Part shown: piece by piece, positions 34,519 through 47,078 of the stretch
Position numbering within the stretch: the first letter of the stretch is position 1
How the letters are laid out: each line of letters starts with the position of its first letter
From: an uncultured virus (IMG/VR IMGVR_UViG_2061766007_000756)
Lineage: Duplodnaviria; Heunggongvirae; Uroviricota; Caudoviricetes
Virus record (IMG/VR): IMGVR_UViG_2061766007_000756
Length of the DNA: 64,000 nt
Reading direction: 5' to 3' (one strand)
Position numbers and translations under genes: made by a program
The notes under the pieces: model-generated
Told to the model about the DNA's origin: nothing
The model's input: the letters and a program-made list of their open reading frames with translations, nothing else
Database searches by the model: none

Positions 34519-35682
34519 ATGGAGTTAACAAAGAAACAAACAGAAGGCTTGTTGATCGCAGTCTCAAGGTATACAAACCACGATCCATACACCTGCATAG
34601 CCGGCTTTGCTGGAACAGGTAAGAGCACTTTGGTAAGTTTCATCATTGATGCTTTAGACATAGATAGACAAGATGTTGCATATGTTGCATATACAGGAAA
34701 GGCCGCTCTTGTATTAAAAGAAAAGGGCTGTCCTAATGCAACAACTGTGCATAAATTATTATATAAGGCTTATCCAAATAAGAACGGAGAGTTTATTTTT
34801 ATCCCTAAGCGTCCATTAGACCAACAGTACAAGTTAATTGTGGTGGATGAAGTATCTATGCTCCCCCAAGAGATGTGGGATTTGCTTCTATCGCATCATA
34901 TTTATGTACTAGCGCTCGGTGACCCCGGGCAGCTACCACCCGTGCGTGGCGCAAATAATGTTTTAGACCATCCGCATGTTTTCCTAGATGAGGTTATGCG
35001 TCAAGCGCAAGAGTCTGAGATTATTAGATTGTCTATGGATATTCGTGCAGGAAAACCATTAAGTAAATATGATGGCCAAGATATAAAGATTATTAATAAA
35101 GCCGATATGGTAAACGGAATGTATACCTGGGCTGATATAATTATTTGCGGTAAAAATGAAACAAGATTTGATGTAAATGATCGTATGCGCCGCTATATTT
35201 GGAATACTGATGACCCTACTCCATTATTAGGAGACAAAGTAATTTGTAATCATAATGATTGGCACACTTGTTCAGAAATTCAACAACAACCTTTAGTAAA
35301 TGGATTAATTGGTGAAATATGTAGTTTTGAACGCTATCCATTATTGGTTCCTTATTATGGAAAAGTTGAATTATATAAATGCGGTCTTGTTGTTGATAAT
35401 GGAGAAGATGGCTTTGCTCCATTACTAATGGATGCAAAACTATTTCAAGAGCATAAAGAAACTGTAACTAAAGCAAACTTTAAATATTTTAAGAAAATAC
35501 CTATTAGACCTTTTGAATATGCTTATGCAATTACTTGTCATAAAGCACAAGGTAGTGAATATAATAAAGTTTTAGTATTAGAGGAAGACTGGCCTGGTCA
35601 AGAGCATAAGCGCTGGCTCTATACCGCGGTAACCCGGGCCGCACAAAAGTTAGTAATTGTACGAAACTATAAGTCTGTATGA
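34519..35682 (+). CDS. RecD2/Dda-like SF1B helicase
   Basis: GFAGTGKST, VVDEVSM, GDPGQLPPV, MRQ, YAITCHKAQGSEY, LYTAVTRA. Confidence 0.9.
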   Translation: MELTKKQTEGLLIAVSRYTNHDPYTCIAGFAGTGKSTLVSFIIDALDIDRQDVAYVAYTGKAALVLKEKGCPNATTVHKLLYKAYPNKNGEFIFIPKRPLDQQYKLIVVDEVSMLPQEMWDLLLSHHIYVLALGDPGQLPPVRGANNVLDHPHVFLDEVMRQAQESEIIRLSMDIRAGKPLSKYDGQDIKIINKADMVNGMYTWADIIICGKNETRFDVNDRMRRYIWNTDDPTPLLGDKVICNHNDWHTCSEIQQQPLVNGLIGEICSFERYPLLVPYYGKVELYKCGLVVDNGEDGFAPLLMDAKLFQEHKETVTKANFKYFKKIPIRPFEYAYAITCHKAQGSEYNKVLVLEEDWPGQEHKRWLYTAVTRAAQKLVIVRNYKSV

Positions 35683-35742
35683 TTGATTTATAGTAAAAAA
35701 TATGGTATAATATAATTAAGAATAAGAAAATGAGGTTGATAT

Positions 35743-38700
35743 ATGGAGTACTTCGGAGTACATAATCATACTGAATATAGCAATCTTCGTCTGTTGGATT
35801 GTATCAACCGTCCAGATGTGTTAATAAAAAAGGCGAAAGAATTGGGTCTTAGTGGTTTGGCAATTACCGACCATGAGACCCTAAGTGCGCATATGACTGT
35901 TAACAAGATCGCGAAAGAGATGAGAGAGACAGACCCAGACTTTACCATAGCTTTGGGTAATGAAATTTATCTCACTGATACAAGAGAACAAAGACAAAAG
36001 TATTATCACTTTATCTTAATTGCAAAAGATAATGAAGGATATAAACAATTAAAAGAATTAAGCACAATTGCTTGGATGAATGGATATACAGCAAATAAGA
36101 TGGAAAGAGTTCCGACTTTAAAGTCAGAGCTTAAAAATGTTATCCAGAAGAATCCAGGTCATGTTATTGCAACCAGTGCGTGTATTGGTGGAGAATTGTC
36201 TTATAATGCATTAATGATGTCCCAATGTGAAAAGGTTGGTGATATGAAAAATGCAACAGTTTATTATGAGGCAATTCAGAATTTTATTGATTTTTGTGTG
36301 GATGTATTCAAAGATGATTTTTATATTGAGTGCGCCCCGAGTGATGATGAAGACCAGGTTGCAGTAAATAAAAAGTTATATAGAATTAGTAAAGCATATA
36401 ATATTCCAATGGTAATTGGAACAGATGCTCATTATCTTCGTCCAGAAGATAGGCCAATTCATAAAGCGTATTTAACATCAAAAGATGGAGAACGTGAAAC
36501 CGATACGTTTTATAAGTACACATATCTCATGACTTCAGATGAAGTTCATGAGTTAATGGCATATAGTTTTGACGATCCAGCCATTGTAGATTGGATGTTT
36601 GAAAATAGTAAAGAACTTCAAAAGAAAATTAGTTGGTTTAGTTTGGAAAGAAAGCAAATTATTCCAAAGGTTGAACTTCCAAATATTTTGAAGTTTGCAA
36701 TCCCTGAACCTGAAAAATATCCTGTATTAGCAAGTTTAGCCAATAGCGATGAGAATCAAGAGAGATATTGGTTAAATGAATGTATGGGTAGTTTATATAA
36801 TAAGAACTTAAATAAAGAAGAATATTGGCAAAGATTGGAAACCGAAGCCGATGTTATTAAATGTATTGGGGATAAATTAGATGACTGCCTATTCGCATAC
36901 TTTAACACCTTTAAGCATTATATCGATTTGTTTTGGGAGTGCGGGTCAATTGTTGGTCCTGGTCGAGGTTCCTCCACTGGATTTTTGTCCAATTATTTAT
37001 TGGGTATCACCCAGCTTGACCCGATTAGATGGAACCTACCATATTGGCGATTTCTTAACAAAGAAAGAGCGGAGCTTCCCGATATTGATATTGACCTTGC
37101 GCCAAGCAAGCGTCCATTAATCTTTCAGAAGATTAGAGAAGAAAGAGGTGAACTGGGGTTAGCGCAGGTTGTAACTTTCGGAACTGAAGCAACAAAGTCT
37201 GCGATTCAGACAGCTTGTCGTGGATATAGAAGTGATGATTATCCAGAAGGAATTGATGTTGATGAAGCATTATATATGTCATCATTGATTCCTCAAGAGC
37301 GTGGTTTTCTGTGGGAAATTGAAGATGTTATTCATGGAAATGAAGAGCGAGATAGAAAACCTGTTAAACAATTTATTGATGAAGTAAATAAATATCCTGG
37401 ATTATTAGATATTATTGTATATATTTGTGGACTTGTAAATAAAAGAGGGGTTCATGCCAGCGGTGCAATTCTGTATGGTGAAGACCCGTTTGATACAGCA
37501 GCTTTTATGCGTGCGCCCGGCGGTGACTTGGTAACTTGTTGGGATCTTCATGAAGCTGAAGCGGCTGGAGNNNNNNNNNNNNNNNNNNNNNNNNNNNNNN
37601 TTATTCAATGTTATGAATTGTTGAAAAATGATGGGGCAATTCCAAATATTGGATTAAGAGAATTTTATGATAAGTATTTACATCCAGAAGTAATGGATGT
37701 AACTAAACAAGAACTTTGGGATCATCTTGCTGCGGGCGACATTTTGGATATATTCCAGTTCGCAACTGGGGTTGGTTTGATGATTGCGAAGAAGTTAAAA
37801 CCTCAGAATATGTTGGAGATGACTGCGGCCTCCGCTTTGATGCGCTTGATGGCTGAGAAAGGAAAGGAATCACCGCAGGATAGATATTTAAGAATTAAAG
37901 AAAATCCATTAGCTTTTGAAGATGAAATGGTGAAATGTGGATTAACCGCAGCTGAAAGAGAAGCATTTCATAAGCATTGTGATGCATATTATGGAACAGT
38001 CCCGCTTCAAGAGCAGATGATGGAAATCCTGATGGATAAAGAGATCGCCGGTTTTACACTCGCAGAAGCGAACGCCGCACGTAAGATAGTTGCGAAAAAA
38101 CAAATGAAAAAAATCCCAGAGTTAAGAAAGCAATTATATGACCATGTTGGGAATGATAATTATGCTGATTATATTTGGGAAATTGCAGTAGCGCCATCAT
38201 TAGGATATGCATTTAGTAAGAATCATAGTTTGCCATATTCATTTGTTGGTATTCAGATGTGTTATCTTGCAACAGCATTTGACCCAATTTATTGGAATAC
38301 CGCATGTTTGATTGTAAATAGTGGTGCGGTCGATCCGGANNNNNNNNNNTCCAATCTATTGGAATACCGCATGTTTGATTGTAAATAGTGGTGCGGTCGA
38401 TCCGGATAATAGCGGGTCAACTGATTATGGTAAAATTGCAAGAGCTATTGGCGCAATTAAAGCAAAAGGAATTGAGGTTAGTTTGATTGATATAAATAAA
38501 TCTCAATTTGGATTTGCGCCAGATGTAAAGAATCATAGAATTCTTTTGGGATTAAAGAATTTGTTAAATGTGGGCGATGAAGTAATTGCCGATTTGATTG
38601 CAAAGCGTCCATATAGTTCTCCGAAAGATTTTTATAATAGAGTTAAACCAAATAAACGTGCGATGATTTCATTAATCAAAGCTGGAGCATTTGATTCGAT

Positions 38701-39648
38701 GGAAGAGCGCAAATTTGTAATGACTTGGTTTATTTGGGAAACTTGTGATAAAAAGAGTCGTTTAACTCTGCAAAATATGCCGAGTTTAATGAAATATAAT
38801 CTTGTTCCACAGAATACAGAAAGTATGACGAGAGCAAGAAGAGTTTATGAATTTAATAGATATTTAAAAGCAATCTGTAANNNNNNNNNNNNNNNNNTCA
38901 ACTTGATAATAGAGCGGTAGATTTCTTAGTCGAATTGGGGAAAGATGATTTAATTGACCCAAGTCCATATTTTAAATTAAATATGAAAGCTTGGGATAAG
39001 GTTTATCAGAAAGAAATGGATGTATTCAGAAATTGGATAGCAACTGATAAAGATAATATCTTATTCAAATTAAATAGCACAATCTTTAAAGAAGATTGGG
39101 ATAAATATGCGTTAGGTTCATATTCATCTTGGGAAATGGAAGTTGCTTGTTTCTATTATCATGAACATGAGCTTCTGCATATGAATAATGAGTTATATGG
39201 AATTGAAGATTTCTTCAGTTTGCCAGAAGATCCAATTGTTGAGAAATATTGGCATCGTAAAGGAAATGATATTCCATTATTCGAATTAACAAAGATTGCT
39301 GGAACTTGTATTGATAAAAATAAGACAAAGAGTACAGTAACATTATTAACATCAACAGGTGTTGTTGAAGTAAAATTTAGAAAAGAATATTTTGCATTAT
39401 TTGATAAGCAGATTTCTGAACGTGGAGAAGATGGAAAGAAGCATGTAATTGAAAGATCGTGGTTTAATCGCGGTAATATGATTATTGTAAATGGAATGCG
39501 TTCAGGAGATAATTTCATTTGTAAGAAATATGCAAGTACCGTTGGACATCAGCTTTATAGAATTACGCAAGTAAATGATGATGGAACCGTGGTATTGCAA
39601 GATGCTAGATACCAAGGAGGCATTGAAGAAGAAGATGGAACGGTATAA
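35743..39648 (+). CDS. dnaE: DNA polymerase III alpha subunit
   Basis: HNHTEYS PHP domain, GPGRGS, PDIDID, YAFSKNH; promoter TTGATT 35683 / TATAAT 35706; gap-split. Confidence 0.93.
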
Positions 39649-40243
39649 ACTAATTGCAATCGTTGGCGAGGCGGGGTCCGGTAAGGACTCCCTCGCTCGC
39701 GCACTCGCTGATGTATTAGAAAAAGAGGGATTTAAAGTTCACGAAGTTGTAAGCTACACCACGCGTCCTCCAAGAGACTATGAAACCGATGGTGTCGATT
39801 ATCATTATATTGATGGCGTACAATTTGCAAAGCTAATTTTTGAAGGAAAAATTCTTGAAGCGGCAGAATTTAATGACTGGGTTTATGGAACTTGTATTGA
39901 TGATTTAGATCCAACAGCAATTAATATTGAAGTTCTAAATCCTGATGGTATTAATGCTATGTATGCCGATCATAGCACACTTCATCGTATTGATATGTTT
40001 GTAATTCAATGCGTATGTTCTGAAAAAACTCGTCTTATCAGACAACTTGAACGAGAAGAAAATCCTAATATTGATGAGATTATTCGTCGTTTGGGTACTG
40101 ACCGCAGAGATTTTGCAGAATTTGATATAAAAGATTATGCTCCGTGGTATTTTATTGTACCTACTGATGGTGGACCTACTCCTCATGATGAAGCAAGGCT
40201 TGCTCTAGCATACTTGCGGTGCTGGACAGAAAAGACTAATTAA
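39635..40243 (+). CDS. gmk: Guanylate kinase-like protein
   Basis: GEAGSGKD, SYTTRPPRDYETDGVDYHY, YGT. Confidence 0.85.
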   Translation: MERYKLIAIVGEAGSGKDSLARALADVLEKEGFKVHEVVSYTTRPPRDYETDGVDYHYIDGVQFAKLIFEGKILEAAEFNDWVYGTCIDDLDPTAINIEVLNPDGINAMYADHSTLHRIDMFVIQCVCSEKTRLIRQLEREENPNIDEIIRRLGTDRRDFAEFDIKDYAPWYFIVPTDGGPTPHDEARLALAYLRCWTEKTN

Positions 40244-40253
40244 ATAGTTATAA

Positions 40254-40300
40254 ACTCCAAATATAGTAGCGTCTCAAAAAAACTATACAATATTTGGATG
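40254..40300 (+). promoter_or_regulatory. Tandem NrdR boxes
   Basis: ACTCCAAATATAGTAG (40254) and ATACAATATTTGGATG (40285), 31 bp apart, upstream of nrdD. Confidence 0.65.
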
Positions 40301-40310
40301 GAGGATATAT

Positions 40311-40887
40311 ATGAATGTAATTAAACGTAATGGCGATGTAGTTCCTTTTGATGGGGAGCGCATCGTTAGTGCTATTAATAAAGCCTTTATTGATGTTGAT
40401 GGTGAATTATATGAAAATGATACTGCTGCCGATATTGCATTAGAAATCGGACAGGTAGCAGACCAATTAAATAGACCATTATCTGTTGAAGAAATTCAAG
40501 ATATGGTCGAAGATTATTTAATGCGCTCGGAGCGCAAGGACGTAGCCCGCGCATATATTCGTTATCGTTATAAAAAAGAAGTAGCAAGAAATATTCAATC
40601 AGATTTCTTTGATGCTATTGAAGAAAAATTAACTGCAAAGAATGTTCAAAATCAAAATGCAAATATTGATGAACATTCTTTTGGTGGTCGTGTTGGCGAA
40701 GCTTCTAGTGTAATGACCAAGGCATATGCTCTTGACCATCTAGTATCTCCAATGGCAAAAAAGCATCATGAGAATAATGAGATTTATATCCATGACTTAG
40801 ATGCTTATGCTGTTGGTATGCATAACTGCTTAAGTATTCCTTTTGATAAGTTACTTGCTGAAGGATTTAATACTCGTCAAACTGATG
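40311..40887 (+). CDS. nrdD: Anaerobic ribonucleotide reductase, N-terminal part (ATP cone)
   Basis: VIKRNG, VEEIQD.VE..L, QNAN, IYIHDLD..HNC; overlaps NTRQTD at 50857 on minus strand. Confidence 0.9.
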
Positions 40888-40897
40888 NNNNNNNNNN

Positions 40898-41580
40898 CGG
40901 CGCAGAAACTGAATTAAATAGTACCTTATCTGTTGGCGGCAATAGTACATTAAGTGGAACTTTAACTGTTAGTGGTGCTACTCAAATAAATAATACTTTA
41001 ACTGTTGGTTCTGCTTCAGCAAATAAANNNNNNNNNNNNNNNNNNNNNNNNNNNNNNNNNNNNNNNNNNNNNNNNNNNNNNNNNNNNNNNNNNNNNNNNN
41101 NNNGCAAGTACAGATTCTAATGGTGCTGTAAGGCTGGCTGGCGGTATGAGTATTAAAGGTAATATTATTCCTACTCATAATACCTATACTCTTGGTGATT
41201 CAGATAATAAATGGAAAGAAATATATGTAATGTCATTTGTTCCTGATTACACATATACGGCAACAAAATCTGTTGCTGGTGCATGGGTTGATTTATTTGG
41301 CGGTAATCAAACAACACTTGAAACAGGTACATATATAATTCAATTACAAGTTGGTACTGCTTATTATTCTGGAGTATGCTCTTGGATAAATACTAGTGCA
41401 GCAACTGGAGTTACAGCCTTATATACTGAAATTCCTTTGCATGGTGTACAAATTAGTATGGCAAAACAATATTATTTAAGAACAGCTTTAGATGCAAGCG
41501 GCCTATATTTATAGATTAGTTCATCAAGCACAGGATCGGCTAGTGTGTCGATTAGTGTTAAGATGAAAAAAATAATGTGA
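40898..41580 (+). CDS. Tail-fibre-like protein, C-terminal part; TAG 41512 read as Gln
   Basis: Gly/Ser/Thr beta repeats, IIP..NTYTLGD...W; frame continues to TGA 41580. Confidence 0.65.
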
Positions 41581-41597
41581 TAAAGGAGTGAAACATT

Positions 41598-44213
41598 ATG
41601 GCACAAAGATTAAGTGAATAGGTCGTGGAGTGGCTCACTGTCGGTGGCGATGCGTTTACTCCTCAGACAAGCGTTCCTTTGGTGGTGAGTTAGCCTGGTG
41701 AAACACTTACAGTTCCCACCACCAATGGAACTTCATTAGGAGCCTATATNNNNNNNNNNNNNNNNNNNNNNNNNNNNNNNNNNNNNNNNNNNNNNNNNNN
41801 NATGCTAGCAGCGGAGGCGCCGCCGCACTTGAACTATGGAGAGGCACTGCAGCTTCATTTCAATTTATAAATGATAGCGGAACTTTCTATATTAAAAATA
41901 ACTATTCATCAAGCGCAGCAACTACATATGCAAATAGTAATTTAGCTATAAGATATGGTGCTGTTGCTGATTAGTATGTACATATTTATTCCACTAAAGA
42001 TAGTTCTTATGCTTATTCCGTTGGCGGTGCGGCATTAAGTGTTGCTGGTGGTGCTACTTTTGATAAAAAGGTTTATATAGATGATACAACTGATTCAAAC
42101 TATGCAACAATAGCTGGGTCTTTTGTAACAAAAGGTGGAGTCTATATTGCGAAAAAAACTTATATTGCTGATACAACCGATTCCAATTATGCAACATTAG
42201 CTGGTGCATTAGTAGTTGCCGGGGGCGCAAATATAGGGAAAAAGGTTTATATTAAAGATGCTACAGACTCTAATTACTCTACTGTAGCAGGTTCTTTAGT
42301 TACTGCTGGTGGTCTATACGTAACTAAGAAAACATACATCGCAGATACTACAGATTCTAACTACAGTACCCTGGCTGGCGCACTCGTAGTAGCGGGCGGC
42401 GCAAACTTCGGTAAGAAAGTCTATTTAAAANNNNNNNNNNNNNNNNNNNNNNNNNNNNNNNTACACAACTGGTTCTTTAGTAACTGCTGGTGGTGCAGCA
42501 ATCACTAAACAATTAAGAGTTCAAGGTGTAACTACTCATGGTGGAAATGTACTTTCCGATACAAATGCTACTGACGATATTGGCGCTACTGCAACTAGAT
42601 GGAAAAATGGATATTTTTCAGCATCAGTGAATGTTGGTGCAGCAAGCACTTCACATTCTTCTACAGATGCGAAAAATATTGAAATTACTCCAGGTATTGT
42701 ATATGCAAATACCAATTCTACTGGTACTAGTTATGGATTTTTAATGTATGGTAAAGGTGCTCAATATGGTTCTTTTAGTGTAAAAACATTTGGTACTACT
42801 AATGTTCCAGCTGCTGAAGAGGGTGGTACTGGTACTGCTGGTACTACTGGTGTTACTGAATTAACTCTTGGTAACTCAACTGCGGTAAATACAAATACTG
42901 CTCATGGAAGCTCAGCAAGTGGCGCTAATAATGCACAAGGCCAATTAACATTATATCAACCAAATACTAAATATGGGTCTATTGTTCCTTCGCAAACATC
43001 TACTGGTAATAATATATATTATTTACCAAGATTAAATACAAGTACTTCTACTTATTATGGTAAATTAGTTGCTTTATATAAAAGCACTAGTGCTGGGGAC
43101 TCATTTAGTGATGTAGGATCTGGAACAAAACCTGTTTATGTAACTGGTGATGGTGTTGTGAAAGCATCAGATAGTACAGTTGGTTCTGGAACTAAACCTA
43201 TTTATTTGTCAAGTGGTACAATTACAGTATCTAGTAGTACGGTTGGTTCTGGAGTTATTCCAATGTATTTATCTGGTGGTACATTAACTGCATCAACAAG
43301 CACTGTTGGCTCTGGTGTTAAACCGATTTATTTATCTAGTGGTACTTTAACAGTTTCTAGTTCAACAGTAGGATCAGGAACAAAACCGATTTATTTATCA
43401 AGCGGTACATTAACTGTTTCTTCTTCTACTGTTGGCGAAGCTGCTAAACCTGTTTATTTATCCAGTGGAGAAATTACAGCTTGTAGTAGTACAGTAGGTA
43501 GTGCGACAAAGCCTGTCTATATGAGTAGTGGTACTATTACAGTAGGAACATATGAATTAAAAGCAACTGTTAATTATGAAGTAAATGCTAAAATAAATGC
43601 TGGTACAGCAACTCGATTTGCTTATTATTCTGGCGCAAATGCAATTAGTAGTTATTCAAGAATAGGAACTATAGGTTCAGCAAGATATCCACTTGATTTT
43701 ACATTACATAATGATGCTGGTACAAAAGTTGCAGAATTTTGGTATGACCAAGGAACTACTACTAATGTAACTTCTGGCTCTTGGAGATTTAGAGGTTGGA
43801 GTCCAAAATCTACAGCAGATACTGGAGTTACATCATATTATGAAAATTATTTTTTACCAACAGTAACAACTGGTAGAACTAGCAATGCAGATTATAATAT
43901 TTTAACTACTAAAGATTTGAGTTTCAGTATTACAGGATCTGCTCAAAAAGTTGGTATAGCTGGCATTTGGTTATATCCAAATAATAGCAATGAAATTAAT
44001 TTTGGTGGAACAAATACTTCTGATACTATTTATTTTGGATATCGAGCTACTGATAGTAGGCCTAAGCCGGCAACATTTGTTTTTGGTAGTGGTAGTGGTA
44101 CAGCAACAATTAAAGCTGCAGTACTTGTAACTAGCAATCATGGTACTGGAAATCCAGGTTCAAGCACCGCCGGTAATGGTGTAACTGGTGCATTATACTT
44201 TAAACGCATATAA
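41598..44213 (+). CDS. Tail fibre protein with internal repeats; TAG=Gln at 41619, 41691, 41972
   Basis: AAAGGAG RBS; 29-aa and 20-aa tandem repeats; ends GALYFKRI. Confidence 0.75.
42040..42500 (+). repeat. About 29-aa tandem repeat (GG...KK.YI.DTTDSNY.T.AG), about 5 copies
   Basis: Read from translation. Confidence 0.8.
43113..43550 (+). repeat. 20-aa tandem repeat (VGSGTKPIYLSSGTLTVSSST-like), about 7 copies
   Basis: Read from translation, 60-nt period. Confidence 0.85.
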
Positions 44214-44295
44214 TTTTCATCCTGGGAAAAAAATGACAAAACAAAAAATTTTTGGTATAATATTAAAGAAGAAAAGACAAAGGAGGAAAAAGAAC

Positions 44296-44361
44296 ATGAT
44301 TATTGTTGATATTGAAAATGTGGCAATTGAGTACATTTACTGTCCAATTCTTTATCTTTGA
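44296..44361 (+). CDS. 21-aa peptide MIIVDIENVAIEYIYCPILYL
   Basis: Promoter ATGACA 44233 / TATAAT 44256, AGGAGG RBS, TGA overlaps radical SAM ATG. Confidence 0.5.
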   Translation: MIIVDIENVAIEYIYCPILYL

Positions 44362-45016
44362 TGAATAATTTATATCAAAGATTATCTGTTTTTACAACTT
44401 CATCTTGCAATCTGAATTGTAAATATTGTATTGAAAAAGATTGCAAGATGGAGTCAATTAGTCATCCACAAGGCTATTTAAAATACATAAACAAAGTTAA
44501 ATCATTAAATCCTAATAATAGAGATACCATTACTTCTATTAAATTATGGGGCGGAGAACCTTTAATAGAATTAGATGATTTTATATTTTATCTATCAGAT
44601 TTTTATAGAGAATTTCCTAATATAAATACTATTCAAATTTCTACAAATTTCACTTTACCAAATAGTGCAGAATTAATAAATACATTATCTGCACGTTTAT
44701 ATACATTTAATCCAGTAGCCAGAATTAAATTACAAATATCTATTGATGGCCCTCAATGGATAAATGATTTTAATCGCGGAGATGGTATAACTCAAAAAGT
44801 ATTAGATAATGTTGCATTATTAGATATGCAATATAATAATATAGATATTGTAACTAATTCTGTTTTATATACAAAAGGTTTATATGGAATTATAAGTTAT
44901 GAATTAATGGAAGGCTGGTTTAATTTCTTTTTAGATAATTTTCCAACAGATGTCAAGTTTGGATTATTTAGATTTGAAAAGAAAGATATTCCTTTTACAA
45001 ATGAAGACGGTGCGCG
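44361..45016 (+). CDS. Radical SAM enzyme (3' part in gap)
   Basis: CNLNCKYC, WGGEP, ISTN, ISIDG...NDFNRG. Confidence 0.85.
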
Positions 45017-45663
45017 NNNNNNNNNNNNNNNNNNNNNNNNNNNNNNNNNNNNNNNNNNNNNNNNNNNNNNNNNNNNNNNNNNNNNNNNNNNNNNNNNNNN
45101 NNNNNNNNNNNNNNNNNNNNNNNNNNNNNNNNNNNNNNNNNNNNNNNNNNNNNNNNNNNNNNNNNNNNNNNNNNNNNNNNNNNNNNNNNNNNNNNNNNNN
45201 NNNNNNNNNNNNNNNNNNNNNNNNNNNNNNNNNNNNNNNNNNNNNNNNNNNNNNNNNNNNNNNNNNNNNNNNNNNNNNNNNNNNNNNNNNNNNNNNNNNN
45301 NNNNNNNNNNNNNNNNNNNNNNNNNNNNNNNNNNNNNNNNNNNNNNNNNNNNNNNNNNNNNNNNNNNNNNNNNNNNNNNNNNNNNNNNNNNNNNNNNNNN
45401 NNNNNNNNNNNNNNNNNNNNNNNNNNNNNNNNNNNNNNNNNNNNNNNNNNNNNNNNNNNNNNNNNNNNNNNNNNNNNNNNNNNNNNNNNNNNNNNNNNNN
45501 NNNNNNNNNNNNNNNNNNNNNNNNNNNNNNNNNNNNNNNNNNNNNNNNNNNNNNNNNNNNNNNNNNNNNNNNNNNNNNNNNNNNNNNNNNNNNNNNNNNN
45601 NNNNNNNNNNNNNNNNNNNNNNNNNNNNNNNNNNNNNNNNNNNNNNNNNNNNNNNNNNNNNNN

Positions 45664-46015
45664 CTCTTTTGGCTATTTTAACTGCCTATGTAGTTCAAAT
45701 CATTAGAATTAAAATGAATGCATTAATCGAGAAATCTGAAAATGATTTACTTGATAAATATTTAGGTATGTTAAGTGATACAATTGTTAATTGTGTATTA
45801 GCAGTAAATCAAACTTATGTTGATGCACTTAAAAAGAAGGGTGAATTCACAGCGGAGGCTCAAAAGGAAGCTTTTGAGATGGTTTACAATCGTGTATTAA
45901 GTATCTTAACAGATGAAGCGAGAGAATATTTATCTGAAATTTACTCCGACTTAGATGAAATCATTAAGATTATGATTGAAGCTACTGTTCGTGAAAACAA
46001 AATCACTGTTGATGG
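45664..46015 (+). CDS. Holin-like protein (partial)
   Basis: Hydrophobic start, V.AVNQTYVDALKK.G.F..EAQKEAF...IEA.V. Confidence 0.65.
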
Positions 46016-46083
46016 NNNNNNNNNNNNNNNNNNNNNNNNNNNNNNNNNNNNNNNNNNNNNNNNNNNNNNNNNNNNNNNNNNNN

Positions 46084-46553
46084 GCTTCGTATTTAACTTT
46101 TACTAAGCTGTACAAAGCATCTCCTTCATGGTTGCCCTTCAAGGCATTATAAACTCCATGTTCATTTGTAATGTTCTCAAATTCAGATAAGGTAATAATG
46201 TGATCTTCCTTTAATAACATACGACATTCGTCTTTAAATTGTTTTCCTTGGATAGATAGCATTCCTTCGGTTAAGATAGCTAAGTTACTACGGATTTCTT
46301 TCATCTAATTCTCGGCTTGTTCATCTGCTTTAATAGATGCACTTTCTTCGTCGCGGACAATTTTTAGAATTTCTTGATTATTGTCATTAATTAGCTCCTT
46401 AACTTCCTTAATAAAGCGCTCTTCTGTTTTTGTCTTTTTTGTTTTCTACTCATTTTTATACAATCTATAAAAATAAGCAGCCAAGGCAGTTACACCAGAT
46501 GCTATTAATCCAAGAAAGAATTGGAGCCAATATTGACCAATGAATTCCCACAT
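46084..46553 (-). CDS. Single-TM membrane protein; TAG=Gln at 46448, 46307
   Basis: AAAGGAGG RBS, MWEFIGQYWLQFFLGLIA..., Y.AL.GN..GD motif. Confidence 0.65.
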
Positions 46554-46633
46554 GGTATTGACCCTCCTTTAAAAGTATCCCCTGTCAATATTTATAAAAT
46601 TTAGATAAAATCAAAAAAAGGACGTTGGCCTTT

Positions 46634-46797
46634 TTATTCGTCCCAATTAAAACCAACGTCCCTATTTACCCAATAAGCTCCAATGCATATTGCATCACTT
46701 TCATCTTGAGTAACTTTCTTATTAAAATGTTCTAACACATATGCCTGAGCATTACGCTTCTATTCAGGTCTTTGCTTGCCTTTAATTTTCAATCCAG
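46634..46797 (-). CDS. RuvC-like resolvase C-terminus
   Basis: QDESDAICIG...GFNWDE stop TAA; duplicates 47388-47487. Confidence 0.7.
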
Positions 46798-46808
46798 ANN
46801 NNNNNNNN

Positions 46809-47078
46809 AACGAGTATTTAGAATTACTCCCTCGGAGCTCAACCCCACTAAAGTACTGGCTTGTTTTAGCCAATAGTGCAGGAATAATTGATTCTGATTA
46901 TTATAATAATCCCGATAATGAAGGTGAGATATTCTTACAATTTATTAACTTATCTCCTTTCCCAATTTTGATTCATAGAGGAGATTTTTTGGGTCAAGGG
47001 ATTATTCATAAATACTATCTTACTGAGGATGATTGCGCGGGCGGCGAACGTCAAGGCGGATTTGGTTCAACCCATTGA
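46809..47078 (+). CDS. dut: dUTPase C-terminal part (inverted contig)
   Basis: PRSS, GIIDSDY, GEI, QG, RQGGFGST. Confidence 0.85.
   Translation, partial: NEYLELLPRSSTPLKYWLVLANSAGIIDSDYYNNPDNEGEIFLQFINLSPFPILIHRGDFLGQGIIHKYYLTEDDCAGGERQGGFGSTH

Noticed and set aside
38918..38920. TAG apparently in dnaE (also 28769, 48815, 55549)
   Set aside because: Out of the true frame after N gaps; correct frames are open or end in TAA
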